From positions 496,001 through 560,000 of the forward strand of contig JAMWBK010000005.1 in assembly GCA_029953675.1 (NCBI GenBank): a stretch of 64,000 nucleotides of DNA. Reading direction: 5' to 3'. Positions 1 through 10,843 of the stretch are shown piece after piece. A program made the position numbers and the translations under genes. Every line of letters starts with the position of its first letter. The first letter of the stretch is position 1. The notes beneath the pieces are model-generated. The model made no database searches. It was not told the origin of the DNA and saw only the letters and a program-made list of their open reading frames with translations. Source of the stretch: Rhodosorus marinus CCMP1338. Taxonomy: Eukaryota; Plantae; Rhodophyta.

Positions 1-198
1 TTAGTACACTTTATTAGAATTTTGCTTAGTACGGATCTACTAAGTTGACCTGCGGATTGATGGCGATGATGATGGTGAGCAGCCCCAGTCCAGCTGGGCT
101 GCAGCAGGTGTCATCATTATCAGCACCAGACCATTAAGTATCCACCGTCGTCCTTTTGCCTCGTAGTAGAAGGTGTAACTACCAAGTTGGTTCTGTGT

Positions 199-226
199 TA
201 GGGTTGTCATGTGACGTCCCATAAAC
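199..226 (+). mobile_element. Solo terminus related to the MITE at 34544-35118
   Basis: TA followed by GGGTTGTCAT at 201-210, then CGTCCCATAAA, which resembles CGTCCGATAAA inside the right end of the 34.5-35.1 kb element. No partner end was seen downstream. Confidence 0.45.
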
Positions 227-686
227 AAAAGGTGGTACATCTAATACTCGTGCCAACCTTTTTATTGGACGAAACGCAACGAGTTTATTCTGTTGATGGT
301 TTCATGTTGGTCAGCCAAAGCACAGGTTTCCACTGACGCCTCTGCGTTTCAGAGAGGTTACCCAAAGTAAGTTACAGCTACCAGGAAGATCGATGTTTGT
401 GGTTCTTCAGAAGTTTTGTTGGCATTCATGCGTTGAGTGCAGCAATAGGTGCGATCGGAAGTAACGAAGAACATGAACACGCCTGCTTTGGGTATCAAGA
501 GAACCACTTCTCAGAATAGGTTAGGCTATGCGGTATATAGACAGGTTTACAAACGATCAAATTTCATGGCTCGCAAGTTTCCAAGACTGGCCAATTGGAC
601 ACTTGGGATGGCTTGGGAACGCTGCAAAATACAGGATAGCTGTGCAAAGATCGTTATCGTAGTTCACACCGACATCTGTTTCGGAT

Positions 687-1719
687 TCATCGCTTTGCTG
701 ACTTCTTTTTTTTCTGGGGTTTCGACCCATACTTCGCAGCAAGCGCGTCCGTAAACGCGTCAAAGTCTTTCTCCCGCTGATCTCGTTTCGCTAGAATGCT
801 CAGTGCGAGGTCGGAGCTACCACCAGTTGGTTTGGATCGTTTTCTGATCTTGTTCTTCTTCTGTGTTTCGTTTGCGCGAGGGGTGAAACCCCCGTACTTT
901 GCCCTAAGCTCCTCACTACTCTTCTTGTACTTCTTCGTAGACTTGAGCAAGCTCCCCTGGATCTGCTCGTCGTAAAAGCTGAGATATCTTAGAACATCAA
1001 TCTCTTCACTGTAGGGGATGTATGCCAATATCCTAAAGAACAGTGAGATTTCGCGAGCTGGTTAATCCTTCCGAGCTGGCGTGGACAGGATTAGCGGTAG
1101 TTAATTCCTCACTGTGATACGTTGCCTTTGAAACGCCCATAAAAGTTCATAAGATCCTCCTTTTCTTCATCTGAGTAGCGGTACTTTTTCTGTTGAAATC
1201 GATTGTAAGGATGGATTCCAGGAAGGATCAGCACGTGCAAGTTAGAGCCTTCCATTCGTTACGCTGTATTGTCGCGGTTTACCTCGAAGTTGTCAATGTC
1301 CTCTTGGGTTACTTTCGCGTACAGTTCACGAAAGTATTTGTACGCATCCTCAGGATTCGTTGGAATGAAGTTATCGTCTTCATCGCCGGGTACAATTCCA
1401 GTCTCATCGTAAAGCCTGCGCCTCTCCTTGTCTGTCAACACCTCGTACACTTTCTGCAGCTGCTGGAATTTTTCCGCTGCGTCCTTTTTTCATCGAACGA
1501 AGCCTCCACGATTCAGCCCGACGAAAACCGCCTTCAGATTTCGTGGTCTAGAATCTCGAATCTCACCTTATCAGGATTCTTGTCTGGATGAAGCTTTAGC
1601 GCCAGCACTCGAAACGCCTTCTTTATTTGAGCTTCTGTTGCGTCCGTGTCTACTTGCAAAATATCATACAACGTTGCATTCTCACCATTCTCCTTGCCCG
1701 CTGTCTTTTCCTTCACCAT
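687..1719 (-). CDS. DNAJC9: DNAJC9-like J-domain co-chaperone, multi-exon
   Basis: Exon 1 encodes MVKEK...LYDILQV...LHPDKNPDK. Intron 1484-1566 is followed by [29 protein letters not shown] and [21 protein letters not shown]. The C-terminus [21 protein letters not shown] is typical of DNAJC9. Confidence 0.85.
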
Positions 1720-2948
1720 CGTCCTGAAGGGTCTCAACGAGCCTTGCTTGTGAATACCAATCAACTGCAATCCGCTAGATTCAAGGAAGCCACCTCTGCC
1801 GATGTGCTTCCCAACCGCATGAACCAATACAGTCTTATGGATCGCTGCTGTTGCGACGCCCTGGCCAATGTGAATCGTCCGAAATGGCAATCTCATGAAC
1901 CAAGCGCGAACCTGATCGCCATCTATCCCTTCTTTAGGACGCTTTGAGAGTATCTCTCCTGGTCAGCTATGCACCTCTTTTAACCGTCTGTTGGAAGGAG
2001 GATGTAGAAGCCTTTCATTCGCGATTGGGAAGGAACAAGCTAAGACGTGCTGACTTGATATTTGAGCTGGGCAAACACTTGCTGATCCAATACATGTTTT
2101 CCAGCTCTACACGATCACATATTGAACTTCAATACGCAGAGGACTATATTAGACGGCTCTAGGCCAAACTTGGGGAGGTAGGAGAAGAGCAAAGGAACGA
2201 ATTCCGGGTACAAGTGGTATCATACTTGACGGGGTTTCGTTCAGGGGGTTTTACCGTTGGGAGTCTCTCGGGTAGTAGAATACAAAAATTAGTGACATCC
2301 TTCTAGGTGTACTAGGGTCGATGCGGGTGTATCGCTTGTGCGTGCTCACCCAATGCTTTTCGGCTCTCCGCCCAGGGCTTAAGTCGACGTCGGTTTTGTT
2401 GGAGATTCTGGATAGCACCTTTCTGTTGGAGGCTGTTTGTACCTCTGAAAGCAGTCACAGTAAGCTACTTGTATCGTTTATAGACTTCGAGCTGCCCAGT
2501 TGTACATCCTCAAGAGAGCTATAACTGCATCACCAATGGTGCCGGAACCGTGACCAATAAGATACCCTCACCGGAAACAAAAGATATTGAATATATACAT
2601 TTTTCAATATTCGTAAACCAATATAAAGGAAAGGATATTCACAAGTTCTTGTTTTATTTATATTTTCAGTCAACGTGTCCATTTTATTTGTTGTAACACA
2701 TTTATTTTCATGAAAAAAATTATTATTACCACCTACTTTAGAAGTTACGAATCAAATTTAATGGCGGGGTTCCTGGGACGGTCTGTCCCACATTTTGAAA
2801 CTGCCGCTGGTGGTCAGGTCCAGCTCTCAGCGGGTTAGTATAGCTTTGGACTGGAACTGCCGTTGGGCCATAGCACTGGTACAATTTTAGGCTGGGTCAG
2901 AGTATCCATTCAGGGTATTTCAACGACTTGGTCACGTAACGAACAGCC

Positions 2949-3314
2949 CTAACCATATCCCGCATTGCCCAACCATATCCTGCTGCGCCTTTGTCTATCG
3001 ATCAGGACTTCATAATCCTTCTGCAGCTGTTGGAATTGCTCGGCTGCGTCCTGTCCATAACAAAAAAAAACCGAAATAGCTTCAGCCACTCGACGACCTT
3101 GCCTCCCGCACAAAAACCAAAAAAACGCCAAATCGTTCCTTCACGAACTCACCTTATCCGGATTCCTATCCGGGTGGAGCTTACGCGCCAGAGATCGGAA
3201 AGCCTTCTTGATCTGCGCCTCACTCGCATTCTTATCAACTTGCAAGATATCATACAAGCTCACGTTCTCCTTCCCCCCAGGATTCTCCTTACCCACAAAC
3301 TTTTCATTCCCCAT
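2949..3314 (-). CDS. Truncated J-domain-only paralog of the neighbouring DNAJC9-like gene (87 aa; microprotein or pseudogene)
   Basis: Exon 3314-3153 ends LHPDRNPDK, a GTGAG...CAG intron spans 3152-3051, and exon 3050-2949 encodes [22 protein letters not shown] followed by an unrelated tail and a stop. The intron position matches the gene at 687-1719. Confidence 0.7.
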
Positions 3315-3639
3315 CCTTCTCAAACCCTACTCCAAACAACCACACACACCTCCCTTCTCCAAACCAAAAAATTTTCCAATCCAAACCATAAACCTTCCTA
3401 CCACAACAATTTATACCATTCCATCCCCTTAAACAGCCAAACCCTATATCCAATACCCTATCCCCTCCCCACCCCCCCCCCCCCCCAAACCCCCTCTATC
3501 ACAACTCCATCCATCTCTATAAAAAGCCACCAACCGCTCTCCCTAGTCCCCAAATCCAAAAAACTCCTAAAAAGAAAGAAAAACCCAACAAAAATACTAC
3601 GAACGCTCGTTCTTCCTAATTTTTCCCCAATCCCCAACT

Positions 3640-3840
3640 AAAATATCTTAAAATATTTCAATATTTCATGCATGAAATTCAAATGAGATTTCCGCCCTTT
3701 CTCAAATATCATCAATAAAAGTTTAACAATACATTAATTCGGATCCAGACCGTATCCGTTTCTATCAATATTCGAAATCATTTGAAAAATACCTCCAAAA
3801 AACAATATTTTGATAGATCGACGATGTCCTTTTTTGATTT
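3640..3840. promoter_or_regulatory. AT-rich intergenic island, representative of about 15 such islands (e.g. 2570-2765, 8840-9300, 15020-15200, 21400-21720, 25190-25460, 43490-43800, 47150-47440, 50000-50200, 53100-53300, 56390-56540, 61800-62000)
   Basis: AT content rises sharply between gene blocks, upstream of gene 5' ends, with frequent CCAAT/ATTGG words. A promoter role is inferred. Confidence 0.5.
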
Positions 3841-4113
3841 TGAAACGTCTCCCGCCCCCCCCCCTCCACCCCCTCACCCCGGCCACTGCCAAACATCGAA
3901 TTTAGAATGTTTCTTAATTGATAATCTCAAAATCTGCTCAGCGGTGGTTGCCGTGTTACGTATGCCGGGGAATGAGTAGGACAGACTGTCTTTTTGGATT
4001 GGTGTGGTGGAGACGTTTTCTTGAACGGCTTTCGGATCCGATCTACTCTAGGCGCTTGTAAAGGTCGGGCTGAAGGGTGCATAGCTGCTGAGGAATAGAG
4101 TTGGTATCTTTCC

Positions 4114-4170
4114 TGCCTCCCACTTCTAGTGTAACTATACCGGATCAACGTCGGTGATGATTCCAAGACC
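4114..4170 (+). repeat. Duplicated fragment of DPAGT1 exon 2
   Basis: 4136-4170 TATACCGGATCAACGTCGGTGATGATTCCAAGACC is identical to 5464-5498. Degenerate similarity extends to TGCCTCCC at 4114/5443. Confidence 0.9.
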
Positions 4171-4294
4171 GACTGTCGAGGAGTTTTTTTTTTTTTCCCG
4201 AATCCCTGACGGTTTGGCTTGTCGTTTTGCGGATTGCAACTGCAGATTTTCTTCTTAAATCGTCTGGTGAACGTTGTCGCGAGGCCTATTGAAC

Positions 4295-4707
4295 TAGACG
4301 TCCTGGCGGCACACCCCGGGGTCGCGAAAGGAAGAACTAGCGTTTGCAAGTCGGCTAACGGCCGGCGTTTGCTTACTACTTTCGCACTCTCGTCCGCCTC
4401 GTTGGCTCTGATTGAACTCATTCGATCTGAAAGAATAGACTTAACTCCTTTATCCTATTTTCGATCCAGTACTTGCCGTCCTTGCTACTGGCTGCTGACG
4501 CCGTCGTTTAGACGTCCTGGCATACCCCGGTGCTACGAAAGGCAGAGCCAGCGTTTGCGAGTCGGCTACCGGCCTGCTTGCTTATTACTTTCGCGCTCTC
4601 GTCCGCCTCGTTGGCTCTGATTGAGCTGATCCGATCTGAATGAATAGACTCAACTCCATTATCCTAGTTTCGATGGAGTACTTGCCGTCGTTACCACCGG
4701 CTGCTGA
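4295..4707. repeat. Diverged tandem duplication with a period of about 214 bp
   Basis: TAGACGTCCTGGC occurs at 4295 and 4509. Shared blocks such as CTCTCGTCCGCCTCGTTGGCTCTGATTGA, GAATAGACT, GTACTTGCCGTC and GGCTGCTGA occur in both units. Confidence 0.9.
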
Positions 4708-4917
4708 GACTCCAATCAGGGTACAATAGTACATCTACTACCATTCACATCATACATACAATGCCAGGTGGAAAGAGAAAGCTGCGCCAAGATCGAAGGA
4801 TTCAGGAATGGGATGAAGTGGAACCATTGGCATCAAAGTCTGTGTGAATGAACAGAATTTGATCGCCTTTGGATGTTCTGGGAGTTTTGAGGCTGTTTTC
4901 GTCCAACTAGTCTCAGA

Positions 4918-6334
4918 ATGGGGTTGAGAAGCTATTTCATTGTGAGCGTTTCACTCCTTGTCCCGACGCTGGCATATGTTTTCTATGAGGCGGATAAAGT
5001 TGGATTCCGGAAGGAGATAACGGCGTCTATGGTCCTCTGTGTTTTCGGGTTTCTGGGAACTGTGCTCGCTATACCCAGGATGACTCACCTGTTCATTAAA
5101 GCTGATATCTTCGGTTTTGATATAAACAAGCGAGGAACGCCGGGAGGCGATATCAAAATGTAAGCTCGCTTCAGAATTCGTTGACTGTCAGACACCAAAA
5201 TGGGTCTCTTTCAGCTTAGAATGCTTTTCCCTTGACGCTCTATTCCTCACAGACCCGAGTCACTCGGCTTGATAAGCGCGACGATGTACCTTGTTTGTCT
5301 GTGTTTTCTCCATCTCGTGCACGAGCAACCCATTCTGTACACTGCTGCCCTCTCGTCCGTGACGCTGATGACTTTGCTCGGGTTCGCGGACGATATGTTG
5401 GACCTGAAATGGAGGTACAAGCTCTTCTTGCCGTTGATAGCGTGCCTCCCTCTGCTAGTTAATTATACCGGATCAACGTCGGTGATGATTCCAAGACCTT
5501 TAAGAGACTATGTAGGTCTCAACCTCGTCAATGTCGGATACTTGTACCATTTGTACATGGCGCTTATGTCCATATTCTGTACCAATGCCATAAATATCTA
5601 CGCTGGTGAGTTTTGGCACAGGAAGAACATGATCGAAAGAAACCTACGTTGCAAGCTGAATCACGCTGCTGAACCCACCCAACGTCTTGTCAATGCCATC
5701 AGGACTTAACGGACTGGAGGCTGGACAGAGTTTCATTATTTGCTGCTTCATAATGGTCCATAACGCCATGCAGTTTTCGCCGGTTGGGGACAAGGATAAT
5801 CTGGATTCATTGAGGGCGAATAATTTATTGTCTTTGGATATTCTGTTCCCGTTCCTGGGCTGCTGCCTCGGCATCCTGTACCACAACTGGCACCCGAGCA
5901 AGATTTTCGTTGGCGATACGTTCTGTTACTTCGCCGGAATGACTTTCGCGATGGCGTCAATACTCGGGCATTTCAGCGAGACGCTGCTCATCATGTTCAT
6001 ACCGCAGCTCATCAATTTCGTGTACTCTCTACCCCAACTCCTGGGCTTAATCCACTGTCCCAGGCATCGACTTCCAAAGTGAGTGAACTCATCCCACGAG
6101 CTTTATCGACCTGAGACCACTCGATCTAACACCTATTCGGTCTTGCTCAGGTACAATAAGGATACCGGCAAGCTGGAAGGCATCAGGAGCAACCTGAACC
6201 TGGTTAACTTAATTTTAATTCTTACCGGTCCAATGACCGAGGAAAACCTTTGTCGCTTGTGTCTAGTAATGCAAGTTGTCTTCTGTTGCTTAGGCTTGTG
6301 TTTGAGGTTTGTGGTTTTGAAGCTCATTACTTAG
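4918..6334 (+). CDS. DPAGT1: UDP-GlcNAc:dolichyl-phosphate GlcNAc-1-P transferase (ALG7/DPAGT1), 4 exons
   Basis: Motifs include GFDINK, IPESLG (across intron 1), LLGFADDMLDLKWRYK, TNAINIYAGLNGLEAGQ (across intron 2), FVGDTFCYFAG, FIPQLINF and CPRHRLPK. Confidence 0.95.
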
Positions 6335-6648
6335 TTTTCCAACGGCTTTTCTCCTGTGGAGGGGAGACTCTGGTTGCTCTTGCGTTGTATGCATTCGGTG
6401 ACGATCATCGTCACCAGCGTAGAAAAAATAAAGGCTTCGTTGCGCTTTTTGCAGAGACCAAATACCGTTCGCTTTATTCTCGATCACAGTGGAGCGTTGA
6501 AACGAAAAATTCGAAGAACCATCGAATCGGTCCTGTCGATTCCTACGTTCACTACTCTTGGCACAACGGTAGCCGACTGTATCAAAACAAGAAAACGAGC
6601 CTTTGTTCCCACAGACTCGAGACTCGCCAGTCAATATTTGTGTGTGTG

Positions 6649-8284
6649 TTACATTTTCCTAATAAAGGGGTTAAGCTTTTGCTCCATGAGCATATCGTTC
6701 TCCGGTTGAAGGCCCAGCAGAGCACGAAGGACGTTCTCAATGCAAGCGCGCTGCTTGAAAAGAGCGTTTACCACTTGGGCGTTCTCGGGAACCATTGGTG
6801 CCTTGAGCAGGTAAGAAAGCAGCGACAAAACGGGGTGCATCCTGGAGTAGTCAGACATTCTTCCAGTCTTGTAGTACAAACGAGTGCTCAGCTCAGCCAA
6901 CAGAACCAGATCGATTATCAGTGGTGAGGCAAGTAGAGAATCCTTAGCGGGGCAGGAGAACAAAAGTTTGGAGTTCAGCCCGCCATTCCCTATCAAGTTT
7001 GTAGCTACTGCATTGTACGCTCACCTCACAGGTATTGTGAATCACAATCGTATTTTTGCCACCCATGAATATATCCGAAGAGTATTCATCCATCGCGCGC
7101 TTGCTGTCACCGACAGCTGGTACATACTTAATTACGACAACGTGATCCGGGTGGTCCCCTCGTCCGTACATTATTTCATTCGATGCGACAACATCATCTA
7201 CCACGTTGCTCTTCGAGATTTCTTTCGATCTGAATTGGGAAGGGGCGGACAAGTTCATCCCATCATTGTTACCCAGGTGGTTGTAACTCACAATCGAAGT
7301 GGGCTTCAGACCTGCCTGAACCAGAAAGTCCATCAAGACACTCTTGAGCTTCGTCTGCCCGCTCTTGAAGTCGTCCCCAGCGATGAACGAATTGTTCTGC
7401 ACCGCCATTTCCACACATCCCGGAACGAAAGTATTTTGCGGTGACCCATTGATGTACGGACAATTCTCGAGGATAGACGCTACGGCAAAGATGGTAGATG
7501 GTGATACCTCGGGGTGGTTTTCCTTGATTGAACGCATAAGATTCTCCGCTGTATCGTTCACTCCAGTCACGACGTCTGAGAACCGCTCAGTATTTGCTGT
7601 CCACAAGACAATGACCTGGTCCAGGTCGTTGTTCTCCTTAAACTCTCGAATATCCTGGCGGATGAGCTCAACGTGATCGAGCTTTTGTGACCCTTCCTTG
7701 AGATTAGTCGCACGCTCGGACTGGTTGGCAGCAATGAAATCCTCGTAGTATATACTCGGAAGCGGTTTCAGATTCTCCATGTGAGGAGCTACCTGCCTCT
7801 GCAGGTCGTAATCGAGCACCTTAGCCCTCTTCATAGACTCAGCCAGGTTTGCATTGCTGATATCCCAACCTCCAATTACAATATCATCGGGGTTCACCAG
7901 AGGTACCATTGAGCTCAATGGAACGTGCACATTTTCGTTTGTGTTAGCGTCGTATCCGAGACGTACAGTAGAAGACATACAGATGGATCCGTAATAGTTA
8001 GCGCGCTGCAAGCCCTCCTTTGTATGCCAGCTCATGCGAGACCTGTTGGCAATAATCGACGCTGTGATCGTAGAGCCATTGTTGCCTCCCCACCCAACCA
8101 TCATCAAACCGAGCCGGGGAATCTTTCTCCCAGTTCTGAACTTGAAAAGATCAGTAACTGGGGTGGCACAGTGAACCCCATCCCTGACCTCGACTTTGGT
8201 GCGGTTGTATTGGTAATCTGCCTCTATCCAATCCGCGTCGTACTGAGCAGTCGTGGACTCAACTCTAACACCCTGAACGACCAT
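6649..8284 (-). CDS. INO1: myo-inositol-1-phosphate synthase, 2 exons
   Basis: Motifs [28 protein letters not shown] and [10 protein letters not shown] are present. HNTCE|[12 protein letters not shown] is joined across an intron at about 6943-7024. Confidence 0.97.
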
Positions 8285-9520
8285 GACTTAGTCACTAATC
8301 AACCTAACCCTACCACCCCCCCAACCAGCAAGTTTCACTTAGCAAAAGAGAAAGCAAAAAAGCGGAGCGGGAGTCAAGGTCGACGTGTTATTCACACTCA
8401 ACACTAACAGAGGTCCAGGCTACCTCCCCTCTCCCCACCCCATACACCACAATCCCCATTCCCCCCATAATTTAACTCCTTCCCTCTCTCCATCCCCATC
8501 CCCCCCCCCCCAAACCTCCCTTACGCCGTCCACAAGCCAATTCCCTCCAGTCAATTCAAAGAAAAATATTAACCCTCAAAACATCCAACAACATGTCCGC
8601 TTCAATAAATCCAAAAATTTCAATAAAAACTTCATCACACAAACAGAAGTTTCCAGTTATCATTTCTTACACAAGTTCAGAAAAAAGTATCGCTGATAAG
8701 GATTTGCAGTCCCCATCAATTCATACACCCACCAGCACCAACCTCAACCTCTTCCGTTTCCAGTTCAATTCATACACACACCCAGCACCAACCTCTCCTC
8801 TCATTTCCCCCAACCCCCCCCCATGTTTCGTTATTGTAGAAAATGTATAAACATATGATAATATTCGAAAATATGATATTTTATGATTTTCTTCTATATA
8901 TTATTTTATTGTAGTTTTCATAAAGTTTTATATTTTAAAATAAATTTATGGTTTCCATATATTCTAATATAGATAATAAAAAGAAGATTTATTTGCGCGC
9001 ACTAATATTTACCAAATTGAATGGGAACGAATGAGACGATGGCGCACAATTATTAGAAATTATTTCTAGATCTAAGACTAAATTGAAAGAAATAATTTTA
9101 ATTGGCCAATACTTTCAACATTATGACTCATTGAGGACATGTTAATGAATAATTTTATGGTCAAAACCTATTTCATTTATATGAATATTTTATTTTGGTA
9201 ATAAAACTTGTAAAAATATTACTTGCACGAGAGTATTTATATGTTTTTAGTTCAAATATTTGAACTTTGTTGGTTATCCAACCATTGTGCGTAAAAATCA
9301 ACCACAGCACTTTATTGCAACTGAAAACAAATCGACATGTTTTGTGACTTATCGCGATTGGGATTTGGTTTGATGGCAAATGGCATGATAGCAATCCATT
9401 GAGAACGTCCCCCCCCCGCCCCCTTTCACTCACAAGCTCGGGCAGAACGGGCAGAAGGACAGAGGAAATATATCTGATTGGGAAGAATGGAGATACGCGA
9501 AGCTGACAAAGTTTTTTAGG

Positions 9521-9965
9521 GCGTACAATAGCAATAGCACAGGATTTGCATACCACGATTTGCTTCTGGATAGTTCTGATTTCAGCTGAGGGCGGCTGAG
9601 TGGGGTGCCGGTGATGAACGGTATCAAAGCTGTGATCTCAAACACGACACCACGCTGCACTTAATATACGCCCTGCGTGGGACAAAGTTAGCATGCCGAC
9701 TTTTAGAGAACCTAATTCAGTAGAAATTTTAGCATCTATGTGATGCTCTCCTTTCGGGAGTAGAGTATCAAACGGTCCTCGTGCGTGTACAATAGCACAG
9801 GATTTGCATACCTCGCCCTGTTTCTGGAAAGTTCTGATTTCGGGAGTAGAGTATCAACCGGTCATCGTGCGTGTACAATAGCACAGGATTTGCATACCAC
9901 GCGCTGTTTCTGGAAAGTTCTGGTTTCAGCTGAGGACTGAGTTGGGTGCTGGTGATGAACGGTAT
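9521..9965. repeat. Complex direct-repeat patch: two 86-bp tandem units (9752-9837, 9838-9923) plus a diverged copy at 9521-9624
   Basis: TTTCGGGAGTAGAGTATCAA recurs at 9752 and 9838. CAATAGCACAGGATTTGCATACC occurs three times. The tail TTTCAGCTGAGG...GGTGATGAACGGTAT occurs twice. Confidence 0.9.
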
Positions 9966-10050
9966 GCGGTGCGCGAATGTGATGGGGCTGTCACACCAGT
10001 TTTCAGGCTTTGCATCAACTGATTTTTTTTTTGGCTGGTACTGTCCTTTG

Positions 10051-10094
10051 ACAGCATCGAACAAGGGGAGCGCCGTCCCCTTGTTCGATGCTGT
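10051..10094. repeat. Perfect 19-bp inverted repeat with a 6-nt loop
   Basis: ACAGCATCGAACAAGGGGA-GCGCCG-TCCCCTTGTTCGATGCTGT. Confidence 0.95.
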
Positions 10095-10843
10095 TGCGCA
10101 TGGGCGTCAAGCGTAATTTTATGGAATGCTTTTTTATTTTATTTTCAGTTCTATTCATGGCGTCAGCTGGGAGATTACAAAGAATGGAAGATTCCGGAAT
10201 GCTTTCAATGGTCTCCCAGCAGGTGCATGGAAATGTTGGCGTCTGCATCAGAGATCTCCCAACGCGCGCTGCGTAAACTCCACAGACAACAGGGCATTTG
10301 ACCGTGACAAGGGGACCAAGCGATGGATTCCATGGGGATCCATTGCAAATTGGGGATGAGCCGGCAAAACTCCCGCGACAGTGTTCATAATGGGACACTC
10401 TCACCAATCCAAATCAACCAATTATGTCGCGAGTAGTTTTCACATTCGATACGATGTCCTGATGAGATCGAAGAGCACTCCTCCCCGCATCAGGGACTCT
10501 CCCCATCTTCACCCAGCTACTCTTGGCGTCAACGATGTAGCTTAACGTGCCGAGGTTGATAGGCCTGGTAAAGCTTCTTTCTGAACTAGTTTTCCGAAGA
10601 CTGTCCATTCTCAATAAAACGTTCGAAGCTCGGTTGACATTCGGCGCGGATTGTCTTTGCTTCATTCGACCACGGAGACCAAGCGCACGAGGTTTTTCTC
10701 TCAAGCAGCGCGTTCCCTATCGCAATGCAACAAGCTCTTGCACAACGCAGTCAGATCGATTGATGCTGCGAAGCGACGTTTCAAAGTCGAATTTCAGTTT
10801 TGTTCATGATGCTGGTCGGTGCGCATCGAATTTTCTCGGGTTA

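Noticed and set aside
4918-8284. DPAGT1-INO1 convergent pair as a functional ER glycolipid cluster
   Set aside because: The two housekeeping genes share no direct pathway step, and adjacency is expected by chance at this gene density.
9521-9965. CRISPR-like appearance of the repeats
   Set aside because: The units are adjacent or overlapping without unique spacers, the context is eukaryotic, and there are no cas genes.
10126-10704. Short ORFs downstream of the hairpin and beyond the SKI3 stop
   Set aside because: There is an acceptor-like site but no upstream exon or domain. SKI3 appears to end at 10844.
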